DNA of 64,000 bases from Isurus oxyrinchus. Taxonomy: Eukaryota. Shown here piece after piece: positions 26,455 through 37,827 of this stretch. The notes under the pieces were generated by a model. The model saw only the letters and a program-made list of their open reading frames with translations. It was not told where the DNA came from and searched no databases. Within the stretch, counting starts at the first letter, position 1. Each line of letters begins with the position of its first letter. Where the stretch lies: the NCBI GenBank assembly GCA_026770705.1, contig JANJGN010000026.1, positions 28,272,001 to 28,336,000 of the forward strand, written 5' to 3'. The translations under genes were made by a program, and so were the position numbers.

Positions 26455-27243
26455 ATGGAACCAAAAAGCACCATTCACCCTGGGGAAAAACCATGGAAAT
26501 GTGGGGACTATGAGAATGGATTCAATTACCCATCGGAGCTGGAAATTCACCAGCAAATTCACACTGAGGAGAGGCCATTCACCTGCTCTGAGTGTGGGAA
26601 GGGATTCACAAAGTCAAACTACCTGCTAAAACACCAGCGAGTTCATACTGGGAAGAGGCCGTTCACCTGCTCCGAGTGTGGAAAGGGGTTCATTAATTCA
26701 TCTGACCTGCTGACACACCGAAGAGTTCACACTGGGGAGAGGCCATTCATCTGCCCCAAGTGTGGGAAGGGATTCGCTCAGTCATCCACTCTGCTTATAC
26801 ACCAGCGAGGTCACACTGGGGAGAGACCGTTCACCTGCTCTGTGTGTGGGAAGGGATTTACTTGTTCATCAAACCTGATGAGACACCAGCAAATTCACAC
26901 CGACAAGAAACCTTTTAAATGCACAGACTGTCAGAAGTGCTATAAAAGTATTGAGGAACTGATGTCCCATCAACGTTTTCACACTGACGAGAGACCATTC
27001 AGGTGCTCTCACTGTGGGGCTGGGTTCAGGCGATCATGTGAACTCACTGTACACCAGCGAATTCACACTGGGGAGAGACCGTTCCTGTGCTCCGAGTGTG
27101 GGAAGGGATTCACTCAGTCGTCCAACCTGCTGAGGCACCAGCGAGTTCACACTGATGAGAGACCTTTTAAATGCCCAGACTGCAGAAAGTGCTATAAAAG
27201 TTCTGGGGAACTGATGCGCCATCAACGTAGTCACACTGTGTGA
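26455..27243 (+). CDS. Tandem C2H2 zinc-finger protein (ZNF-D), 8 intact plus 1 degenerate finger; truncated by a 1-bp deletion
   Basis: ATG at 26455 in ORF 26449-27243; paralog at 49111 has cacactgatgtgaga where this has cacactgtgtgaga; two more finger units follow out of frame to ~27414. Confidence 0.75.
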   Translation: MEPKSTIHPGEKPWKCGDYENGFNYPSELEIHQQIHTEERPFTCSECGKGFTKSNYLLKHQRVHTGKRPFTCSECGKGFINSSDLLTHRRVHTGERPFICPKCGKGFAQSSTLLIHQRGHTGERPFTCSVCGKGFTCSSNLMRHQQIHTDKKPFKCTDCQKCYKSIEELMSHQRFHTDERPFRCSHCGAGFRRSCELTVHQRIHTGERPFLCSECGKGFTQSSNLLRHQRVHTDERPFKCPDCRKCYKSSGELMRHQRSHTV

Positions 27244-28659
27244 GACCATTCAGATTTCTCAATGTGGCACTGGGTTCAGGCAATCATCTCAGCACGCCAT
27301 ACACCAGCAAGCTCACACTGGAGAGACCCCATTTACCTGCTTCGTGTGTGGGAAGGGATTCCCTCGGTCATCCATCCTGATGAGTCACCAGCGAGTTCAC
27401 AAACAATTACAGTGACTGGAGTTTGCTGTTAATCACATCCAGGACTGAACCATGTTCATTGTTGTCTATTTTTACTGATGTTAATAAACTCCAGCCCAAT
27501 TATTGTAGTTAATATTCTGGATAAAAGTCAAATAAAATCAGCTTTGTATTAAACACAGTGTCTTGAATCTTTTTAATATCTCTAACATTAATTCCTTTTG
27601 AATTTCTCTCCCCTGTCTCCTCCATCCTCACCTCCCTACAACAAGCGCGAGGAGCTCATGGAGCTATTCTGTCACTAAGATTGGGACAATCTGTTCAGCT
27701 GCCTCTGTTGCTTCCCTCCCTTCCACTAGCCCACTGGGACAACTCCCTCTGAAGTTTTCTCTTCTTCGAGCCCTGAACTCGCATCTTTCTCCAGTTTCTC
27801 TCCTATCTTCTAACTTCCTCAAAGTTCATCTTGTCCATGAGACCTGCCTTCTGCTCTCTTGACCCTATTCTCACAAAACTGCTGACCATCCAACATTCCC
27901 CCCAACAATGGGGTCCTCCATTTATTAATGGAGACATGAAGTACAAAAGCAAGGAAGTCACACTGAATCTTTATAAATTACTTTTTAATCCTCAGCTCAA
28001 ATATTGTGTTCAGTTCTGAGCAGCACACTTCAGGAAAGATGTCAAGGCCTTGGAGCGAGACAATTGACCAGAATAGTACCAGGGATGAGAGGTTTCCATT
28101 ATGTGGAGAGACTGGAGAAGCTGGGATTGTCTATTTAGAGCAGAGAAGAGTGATTTAATAGAGGTGTGGACATTTTTGAAGAATTTTCATTTACATAGGG
28201 GGATTTTGGTTCCATTGACAGGATGGTTGGTAACCACATTTAAAATAATTGGCAAAAAAATCCAGGGTTAAGATGAGAGAATACTTTACTCAGTGAGTTC
28301 TGATGATTGGAACGCATTGTCTGAATTTGGTGGAAGGAGATCCAATAGTAACTTTCAAAAGTCATCTGGACTTTCACTTAATCAGGAAATATTTTCAGGG
28401 ATCAGGAGAAAGATCAGGGGAATGGGTCAGAATGGTAATGTTTTCAGAGAGACAAAACAGACACAGTGGGCTGAATGGCCGCCTTCTGAACTCTTATGAT
28501 TCAATCCTGTGGTGTTTATTATGAATCATTATCCTGTTATAGAATCATAGAATCTCATCATAGTACAGCAAAGAAGGAGGCCACTCAGCTCATCAAATCT
28601 GCACTAGCTCTTTCCCATTCCCCCATTCTTTCCCCATATCTCTGGATGAGGTTTCAGCC

Positions 28660-28900
28660 AATCATCTGTCAAGGCACAAGCACAGTCACTGTGTAAATAT
28701 AGGGACAGTGACAAGGGATTCAATTACTCATTTGAGTTGGAAAGTCATCAGTGCATGCACACTGGGGAGAGTCTGTTCACCTACTCCATGTGTGGAATGG
28801 GATTCACTCGGTCATCCAGCCCTCCCAAACGCACCAGCGAGTTAATACTGGAGAGAGAGAGTTTAAACACTTAGACTGTGACAAGAGCTTTAAAAGCCTG
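28660..28900 (+). pseudogene. Degraded C2H2 zinc-finger remnant (duplicate at ~50670-50905)
   Basis: [20 protein letters not shown] remnants. Confidence 0.6.
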
Positions 28901-29179
28901 TTCGGATTTTATAGTCTCAGTGTAAGTCAGGGCTTCCCAAACTGAGGGTCGTGACCCTCCAGTGGAGTCTCAAGATGAGATTTTGGGCTTACGAGTTCTG
29001 TGGCAGCAATGGCTGCTGTGGAACTCCAACTACTTCCTGACAGCCGCAAGGCCCCTTTAAATCCTCGCATTTTGTTTTGTTAGTGGGCGTAGCATAATGG
29101 ACTACTCTCTCAGGCCCAATTACTGCTGCAAATGAAGTTTGTGAAAAGGTTAGTTGTTTCTGGAAAACAGATTTCTTCA

Positions 29180-30495
29180 ATAATCTGGATCATAATGTAT
29201 CAATGATCAGGATACAGATACATTAATAATCAGAATCCTATTGCATCAATAATGAGGACCCTATTACATCAATGCTCAGGTTCCTATTACATTAATGATC
29301 AGAGTTCAATTACTTTAAGATTCAGGATTCCAACACATTAATAATCAGGATATTATTACATTAATAGTCTGGTGCCTATTGCATCAACAATCAGGATCTT
29401 ATTGTATAAATAATCAGTGTCCTATTACATTAATAATCAGGATCTATTACATTACTTACACAATTCCTATTGCATTAATGTAGCAGATGAAGTTCAATGC
29501 AAAGGAGTGTGAGATGATTCGTTTTGGCAGGAAAGATATGGAGAGACAGTATAAAATAAAGGGACAGCCTCGAAAGAAGATGCAGGACCTCAGTGTATAT
29601 GTACATAGGTCATTGAAGATGGCAGGGCATGTTGAGACAGCAGTTAATAAAGAATATAGTATCTTAGGCTTTATTAATAGAGTACAAGAGTAAGGAGGTC
29701 ATGTTGAACTTGTATAAGACACTAGTTAAGTCTCATCTGGAGTCTGCGTCCAGTTCTGGGCGCCATACTTGAGGACGGATGTGAAAGCATTAAGGAGAGT
29801 ACAGAGGGGATTCACAAGGATGATTCCCACGATGAAGAACTGTAGCTATGAGGATAGATTGGAGAGGTTGGGACTGTTTTCCTTGGAGAAACAGAAGGCT
29901 GAGAAGAGACTTGATAGAGGTATTCAAGAACCTAAGGAGTATGGACAGGGTAAATAGTGAGAAACTGTTCCCACTCGAGAGAACATCAAGAACTAGAGGG
30001 CACAGATACAAAATAATTGGCAAAAGCAGTAAATGTAACGTGAGGAAATTTTTTTTCACCCAGAGGGTGGTTGGAGTCTGGAACAAACTTCCTGAAAGGG
30101 TGGTGGATGCAGGTTTGATCAAGGTATTCAAAAGGGAATTGGATTGCTGCCTGAAAAGACAGAATGTGCAAGATTACGGGGTTAAGGCAGAGGAGTGGGA
30201 CTAGGTGGAATTCTCTTTCAGAGAGCCAGTGCAGACTCAATGGGCTGAACGTCCTCCTTCTGCACTGTAAAGATACTGTGATTAAGTTGTCGATTCAGTA
30301 ATCAGGAAGTTATTGCGATTATAATGATGTGAGTACATTAATCAGAATTATTTCAATTAATAATCAGAGTCCAATGGCATCAGCACTCAGAATCCAGTCA
30401 CATTATTTGTCAATTGTGTCAATAATCAGGATCCTATAAATGAATAATCAGGATGGTATTACATTAATAATCAGAGATCAAATACATTAATAATC
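29180..30495. repeat. Degenerate ~22-bp minisatellite (attacattaataatcaggatcct) split by a CR1 at ~29480-30280; reverse-oriented units at 51310-51480
   Basis: Unit visible repeatedly; CR1 motifs MKFNAKEC...FFTQRVVGVWNKLP. Confidence 0.75.
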
Positions 30496-30659
30496 CCCCC
30501 AACCCCGCTCAACAGCTGAAGCCCCCCACAACACCACCCCATCCCCGGCATGACAATTTCCCTCAAATGTTCACTCTGGGGTCACATGGAGTCTGAGGCA
30601 TTAAAATTGGGTCACACTGGGAAAAAGTTTGGGAAGCACTGATTTAAACAACCCCTTTC

Positions 30660-31200
30660 TGGACTTTAGATGCGCTTATCTCATGACGCATCTCACCATT
30701 CAACGTCACATCTCCCTGATAGAAGTTATTATTATTCGTGGTGATCAGATGTCGTTGTGGGCTGTTGTTTTCAGTGTTGGCATCTGTTTCACTCCATTCT
30801 GCACCCTGAAACTGTCGGAAGTGGTACCGTCAAACTGCAGTCACTGCATGTTGTCATGAAAGGTGGGGATGAGACTGAGCAGCTTTGGGGGAATAGTCAA
30901 TTTTCTCCAAAATCTTGTAGAGTCCTGCCCTGTTGACGGTGTTGAATGCTTTACTGAGATCTACAACAGTAAGGTAAAGAGGTATATCCTGTTCCCTACA
31001 CTTCTCTTGTCACTGGTGTGTGGAGAAAATAATGTTCACTGTAGATCTGCCAGCACAGAAACCTCACTGTACTTCTGGATACACTCAGTCTGCAAGTAGA
31101 TGAAGTCTTTAAGCATGCTCCCAGCGAAGGCCTTCCCAGTGATGCTCAGGAGTGAGATGTCCCTGTAGTTTGTTGCAATCTCCCCTGTCACCTTTGTTTT
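30660..31200 (-). mobile_element. RTE-clade LINE RT fragment (a second at ~41220-41870)
   Basis: Minus strand remnants NYRDISLLS...PEVQ*GFCAGRST, resembling the RTE RT start. Confidence 0.65.
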
Positions 31201-31557
31201 TCTATGGTGTGATGGTCCTGATTAATCCTTGCTGACAATCAGCACTTTCTAATTGGAGGTGCTAATCAGTGGAACCTGTCAAACACTGAATTTTAGATTT
31301 TGCAAAGGCCAATTTAGGATTGCAGTAAAAGTTCATAATTTTATTGTAAATGAGTTCCTGTTGAGAGTTCTTGAATTAAGGGGAAAGATCACAGATGGTG
31401 TTTTTAAAAAGGGATACTGCAGTCCCAAAGATCAGTGACATCTCCAGAATATTAAACTCCAGCCAGTAATAGGAGTTGTTACTAACAGCAGAAACAAACC
31501 TCATATTGTCAGACTATCAATTCTAGGTGTGATTAACAGCAGAATCCAACCCCAAGA

Positions 31558-33774
31558 ATTACTCATAAACTCGCTGATGTGTTAGCAGGTACCGTGACTG
31601 AATGAATCCCTTCCCACACGCGGAGCATGTGAATGACTTCTCCCCAGTGTGAGTGAGTTCATGTAAATGCAGGCTGCCAGACTGAGTGAATCCCTTCCCT
31701 CACACAGAGCAGGTGAATGGCTTCTAATGACTGTGAGTGCGCTCATTTAACAGAAGGCTGCTGGACAGTAAGATAAGAGCCCATGGTGTTAGAGGCAAGG
31801 TACTAGCATAGATAGAAGATTGGCTGTCTGGCAGGAGGCAGAGAGTGGGGGTTAGGGCGTCCTTCTCAGGATGGCAGCCGGTGACTAGTGGAGTTCCGCA
31901 AGGGTCAGTGTTGGGACCACAACTTTTCACTTTATACATTAATGATCTAGATGAAGGAACTGAGGGCATTCTGGCTAAGTTTGCAGATGATACAAATATA
32001 GGTGGAGGGACAGGTAGTATTGAGGAGATGGGGACACTGCAGAAGAATCTAGACAGGTTAGGAGAATGGGCAAAGAAGTGGCAGATAGAATACAACATGG
32101 GGAAGTGTGAGGTCATGCACTTTAGCAGGAAGAATAGAGGCATAGACTATTTTCTAAATGGGGAAAGAATTCAGAAGTCTGGAGTGCAAAGGGACTTGGA
32201 AGTCCTAGTCCAGGATTCTCTTAACTTGCAGATTGAGTCGGTAGTCAGGAAAGCAAATGCAATGTTGGCATTTATTTCAAGAGGAATAGAATATAAAAGC
32301 AGGGATGTGCTGCTGAGGCTTTATAAGGCTGGAAAACCATTGGCACAGACACACTGGGGGGAAGCCGTTCATCTGTTCCATGTGTGGGAAGGGATTAATG
32401 AAGTCATCCTGCCTCATATTACATCAGCCAATTCATACTGATGAGATGCTGTTCAGCTACACATACTGTGGAAAGATGTTCAGGCAGTCATCCATCTTGC
32501 TGACACACCAGCGAATTTACACTGGGGAGAGGCCATTCACCTGCTCCAAGTGTGAGAAGGGATTCAATCAGTTATCTACCCGGCTGTCACACCAGCGACT
32601 TCACACTGGGGAGAGGCCGTTCAGCTGGTCAGACCACATTTAGAATATTGTGAGCAATTTTGGGCCCCGTATCTCAGGATGTTCTGGCCCTGGAGAGAGT
32701 CCAGAGGAGGTTCACGAGAATGATCCCAGGAATGAAAGGCTTAACATATGAGGAACGTTTGAGGACTCTGGGTCTATACTCGATGGAGTTTAGAAGGATG
32801 AGGGGGGATCTGATTGAAACTTACAGAATACTGAAAGGCCTGGATAGAGTGGATGTGGGGAAGATCTTTCCATTAGTAGGAGAGACTAGGACCCGAGGGC
32901 ACAGCCTCAGAGTAAAGGGAAGACCTTTTAGAACAGAGATGAGGAGAAACTTCTTTAGCCAGAGAGTGGTGAATCTGTAGAATTAATTGCCACAGAAGGA
33001 TGTGGAGGCCAGGTCATTGAGTGTAATTAAGGCCGAGATAGATAGGTTCTTGATTGGTAAGGGGATCAAAGGTTACGGCGAGAAGGCAGGAGAATGGGGT
33101 TGAGAAACTTAACAGCCATGATTGAATGGCAGAGCAGACTTGATGGGCTGAATGGCCTAATTTCTGCTCCTCAATCTTATGGTCTTATGGACTGAGTGAA
33201 TCCCTTCCCATACACAGAGCAGATAAGTGGTCTCTCCCCAGTGTGTGTGCGTTGGTGAGCAGTGAGGGCAGATGACAGCCTGAAATTCTTCCCACATGAA
33301 ATGCAGCTGAATGGCTTCTCCTCAGTATGAATTCGCTGGTGTTTTAGAAGGTTGGATGAATTAGAGAATTCCTTCCCACACACAGAACAAGTGAACGGCC
33401 TCTCCCCAATGTGACTGTGCCAATGGTTTTCCAGCAGGGATGGATAACTAAATCCTTTACCACAGTCCCCACATTTCCACAGTTCTCTCCATGGTGTGAT
33501 GCTTTTTCAGGCTGTGTAACTGGTCTTTCCACAGTCAGTTCACTGGAACACTCTGGGTGTGATTAACAGCAGAATCCAACCCCAAGAACGTGGGTGTGTC
33601 TCGGTGCTTTTCCTGTCACACTGATGTTTGAAATCTTTTCCCAGAGGCAGAACAGCAAACATTTCTCCTTCCATATTCAAAGGCCGATGGTATTCAGGTC
33701 CTGATGAATCGAGTGAGTCAGCCATATGACATTTGGTTTGAATTTCACATCTGCAAATCCTTCCTTCAAACATT
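31558..33774 (-). pseudogene. Tandem C2H2 zinc-finger pseudogene (ZNF-F) interrupted by CR1
   Basis: Fingers at 33190-33480 resume at 31570-31760 after the CR1. Confidence 0.85.
31757..33189 (+). mobile_element. CR1 LINE, 5'-truncated, with internal ZNF fragment at 32328-32628
   Basis: SGVPQGSVLGP, KFADD, ERVQRRFTRMIP, FFSQRVVNL and tcttatggtcttatgg tail. Confidence 0.92.
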
Positions 33775-33866
33775 CTGTAAAAGCAGTTTACAAAAGTCAT
33801 CTCTGTCCCTCCAGGATAGAAATTCAGAACAAAAAATTCTAGTTTCCAAGGAACATTTTCCAGAAC

Positions 33867-34820
33867 TCACATGTGAACTCGCTGGTGTTTCAGTAGGGTG
33901 GACGACACAGTGAATCCCTTCCCACAAACAGAACAGGTGAACGGCCTCTTCCCAGTGTGAACTCGCTGGTGTGTCAGCAGGTGGGATGTACGAGTGAATT
34001 TCTTCCCACACTCAGTGCAGGTGAACGGCCTCTCCCCGGTGTGAACTCGTTGGTGGGTCAGCAGGTGGGATGACCGAGTGAATCCCTTCCCACACTCAGA
34101 ACAGGTGAACGGCCTCTCCCCAGTGTGAATTCGCTGGTGGACAATGAGTTGAGACGATTGCCTGAACCCAGTTCCACAGTGAGAGCACCTGAATGGTCTC
34201 TCCTCAGTATGAACACGTTGATGTCGCATCAGTTCCCCAGAACTTTTATAGCACTTTCCACAGTCTGGACATTGAAAAGGTCTCTCGTCAGTGTGAACAC
34301 GTTGGTGAGGTATAAGTTCCCTGGAACTTTTAAAGCACTTCCCACAGTCTGGACATTTAAAAGGTCTCTCCTCAGTGTGAACACGTTGATGGGACATCAG
34401 TTCCCTGGAACTTTTATAGCACTTTCCACAGTGCAGACATTTAAAAGGTCTCTCGTCAGTGTGAACTCGCTGGTGTGTCACCAGAATGGATAACTGAGTG
34501 AATCCCTTTCCACACTCAGAGCAGGCGAATGGCCTCTCCCCAGTGTGAGCTCGATGGTGTCTCAGCAGAATTGATGACTGAGTGAATCCCTTCCCGCACA
34601 GCGAGCAGTTGAACGGTCTCTCCCCGGTGTGACTGTGTCGATGAATTTTCAGCTTTGACAGATTATTGAATTCCTTCCCACAGTCCCCACATTTCCAAAT
34701 TGTCTGTCCGGTGTGATTGCATTTATGGTTTGTGAGCCCAGATGATTGGCTGAAGGCTAGTCCACACACAGAACATGTGTACGGTTTGTCCCCACTGTGA
34801 ACGGTGCTTTTTCCTTCCAT
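33867..34820 (-). CDS. Intact 11-finger C2H2 zinc-finger protein (ZNF-G), no KRAB/SCAN/BTB domain
   Basis: ATG at 34820; 11 complete CxxC-HxxxH fingers; acceptor at ~34931; CpG promoter at 37140-37560. Confidence 0.85.
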   Translation of the reverse strand: MEGKSTVHSGDKPYTCSVCGLAFSQSSGLTNHKCNHTGQTIWKCGDCGKEFNNLSKLKIHRHSHTGERPFNCSLCGKGFTQSSILLRHHRAHTGERPFACSECGKGFTQLSILVTHQRVHTDERPFKCLHCGKCYKSSRELMSHQRVHTEERPFKCPDCGKCFKSSRELIPHQRVHTDERPFQCPDCGKCYKSSGELMRHQRVHTEERPFRCSHCGTGFRQSSQLIVHQRIHTGERPFTCSECGKGFTRSSHLLTHQRVHTGERPFTCTECGKKFTRTSHLLTHQRVHTGKRPFTCSVCGKGFTVSSTLLKHQRVHM

Positions 34821-35289
34821 GTTCAAAATCTGATGATATTCAGGTTACAATAAATTAGGTGGCTCTGTCAGATCCTGATGTGATGTTTGATGTGAGTTTC
34901 CCAAATTCAGATCCTCCACTTCTAAAACCCTGTGAAATTGATTTAAAATAGAAAAAAAGGATTGTGAAATTAAGTGAAACTACACTGAATTAATCTGATA
35001 ATTCGTGGTCTGAGACTAGGAAAAAGTGAAAGCTGCCAAATGGTCACTGATGTCCTTCATTGAAGGGAACCTGCTACCCAGCCTGGACCTACACGAGACA
35101 CTGCCCTCAATGGGAGGAGAGAGATACATGGAAGAGGCAGGAGCGAAGGAGGGGAATGTTATTTATCTACAACTCGGCCAGAACTTTGGCAGAATTTCCC
35201 AAATTCTGAACCTCCATCAGCTAAAGGACCAGGGTAGCAGGTGTAAACAAACACCATTGCCTCCAAGTTCCTCTCCAAGTCACACACCA

Positions 35290-35810
35290 TCCTGACTTGT
35301 CTGACATCCAGTTCTGGGTGAACAGAAATTTCCTCCAATTAAATACTGGGAAGATGAAAACCATTGTCTTCATTCACTGCTACAAACTCCACTCTCTAGC
35401 CACCAACTCCATCCCTCTCCTCGGCAACTATCTGAGGCTGAACCATGCTGTTTACAATCTCAGTGTCATGTTTCACTCCAAACAGAGTTCTGACCACATA
35501 TCTGTGTAAACACCAAGACCATCCACTTTCATCTCAGTAACATCACCTGACTCTGTCCTTGTCTCTGCTCATCTGCTTCTGAAACACTCATCTATTCCTT
35601 TATTACTTCTAGACTTAACTATTCTAAGGCACTCTTGACCAGCCTCCCACATTTTGCTTCCTTGTAACCTTGAGGTCATGTAAATCATTGCTGCCCGTCT
35701 CCTTACTCACACCAAGTATTGTTCACTCATCATGCCAGGGTTCACTGACCTACAAAGGTTCTGGTTTAAGCACCAAAATTTGAAAATTCACTTCCCTGTT
35801 TTCAAATCCC
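35290..35810 (+). mobile_element. L2 LINE fragment (others ~25525-25940, 27680-27895, 49700-49860)
   Basis: LSDIQFWVNRNFLQLNTGKMKTIVF...SRLNYS L2 motif. Confidence 0.75.
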
Positions 35811-37139
35811 TACACCAGATGGACTGCAGTGGTTCAAGGAGGAAGCTCACCCCCAACTTCAAAAGGCAAGTAGGGATGGGAAATAAATGCTAGCCTAGCC
35901 AGCGATGTCCACATCCCATGAATGAATTAAACAAAACTTGGGGATGGGCACCAGTGGAAACCTGACTTGGTAGAAATAACAGTAAATTAACAATGGTTAA
36001 AATAAGTCCACTATTGGAGACAGAGAAAGTTAGACAATGACAGAGAGGTGATCAGGGAGGGTAGAGGTGAAGCAGAGCAATGGATGGACATGGATTCAGA
36101 TCTACAATAAAGGACCCACACCAGTACCAGAGCCATGGAACCACAGCACAGCACTAAAAGCTCTAAAAGTACATGGATGTTCAATAATAGTCACTTCTGA
36201 ACCTGTTGGAGCCTGCAGCTGAAAATATATCAGAAGCACTGAAGTCAGAGAAAAATCTCACAATCTTCACATCTTCTAACTCCCTGTAAAAGGAGATTAC
36301 AAAAGTCATAAGTCTCAGTTGAGGTTAGAAATTCAGAAAGACAAACATTTCACTTGATTTGAGTTTGCTGTGTGTAAAACCTCCCCTTCTAACCCCCTGT
36401 AAAAGGAGTTTCCAAAATCCATCCCTATCAGTCCAGGATAGAAATTCACAATGTCTCTCTTCCTGCTCCTGGCCCAGGATGACTTAAGCAGGGACAAATT
36501 TGCAATGAAAGCAGTTCAGAGAAGATTCATTTGGCTGATTCCTGGGGAAAGGTTGAGCAAGTTGGGTCTATACTTATAGGAGTTTAAAAGAAGGAGGGGT
36601 GATCTCATTGAATCATGTAAGATTATAAGGGTGCTTGACATGGTAGATGCTGAGAGGATGTTTTCCCTCAAGGAGGAATCTGGAACTAGAGAACATGGTT
36701 TAAAAACAAGGCATCTCCCATGTAAAAGTGAGATGAAGAGAAATTTATTCTCTCAGAGGGTTGTATGTCTTTGGGATTCTCTTCCCCAGTGAGAAGTGGA
36801 GACTGGGTCATTGGATATATTCAAGGTTGTGTTAAAGAAAGTTTAGATCCACAAGGGGATCAAATGTTATGGGAGGAGGGGGGTTGGTGGCAGGAATGTG
36901 GAGTTGAGGTCACAATCAGATCAGCCATGATCTTATTGAATGGAGAAGGCTTGATGGGCCAAATGCTTACTGCTTATTCGGCTGCTCTTGTTGTCATGTT
37001 CTTCAGGCGATCGTGCAGGCTCCCTGCAACATCTTGCCCCTAAAGTTGACGGCCATTAACCCAAGCCTGTCACCAGCTCCTCTGTGCAGAATGAGAATGA
37101 AATCAATGAGTCAATGATTTTCTGTCTTGACCACCGGGA

Positions 37140-37560
37140 CCTTGAAGACGACTCTGTTGAGGCACTAAAATTTTCGCGCATGCGCACTCCTACCCGCAGA
37201 GCCAACATGGCGACGGTTAACCTGGGCCTGTTCCCGGTAATAAGCCTCGGTGCTGCATACGCGAGACTTGCAAGGTCTTATTCAGGATTTGGGGCCGACA
37301 TCAGCTATTTATGAAGTCTCCTCTCCCTCCCCATTCCTCCATCCAATTCCCAGCTCCCTTCCTCCCTCCTGACTCTCACCCGTGGCAAAAAGCGTCTCCA
37401 GCACTGACAGAGTTCTCATCAAACTGATACTGCGCATGTCCAGATACTGTCCCAGGACTGCGGCTGCGCAATGGGCCCCTATAGAGGGACTAGGGCACGT
37501 TCGCGTCCGCAGGGAATGTTGGGTAAGGGCAGCGCCATTGCTGGTCCAAGTCGGAACTAG
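37140..37560 (-). promoter_or_regulatory. CpG-island promoter, probably of ZNF-G
   Basis: NRF1 CGCGCATGCGCA at 37175, YY1-like CAACATGGCG at 37203, ZNF143-like TACCCAACATTCCCTGCG (-) near 37508-37525, minus-strand gtgaga donor near 37379. Confidence 0.6.
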
Positions 37561-37827
37561 AAAAAATTGCTATCAAATAGAGATAGTTTAAAAGAAAGTA
37601 CCCACAAATCTTAGTGAATTGATGTTCTGCCATGCTCCATTTTTCGAATTGATTTAAACTGCTGCTCTCCTCTGGAAATACACAGAAATGTTAAAGATTT
37701 TCCCACTGTTTCACCTCTCCCCTTTCCTGAAGGTGCTGCTGATTCTGGCTGAGTTCAATCCCACAGTCACTGGTTCCTCGCTCTCTCTCTATATCCCCAA
37801 TGCTGAATATTCATAATCATTGGCACC

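Larger units (their letters stand above)
22694..29330 (+). repeat. Segmental duplication copy A (promoter, ZNF-D, flank)
   Basis: Colinear with 45655-51570 apart from insertions and a ~2.6-kb deletion in copy B. Confidence 0.9.

Noticed and set aside
29180-30495. CRISPR-like array
   Set aside because: Degenerate head-to-tail minisatellite without unique spacers or cas genes; vertebrate DNA
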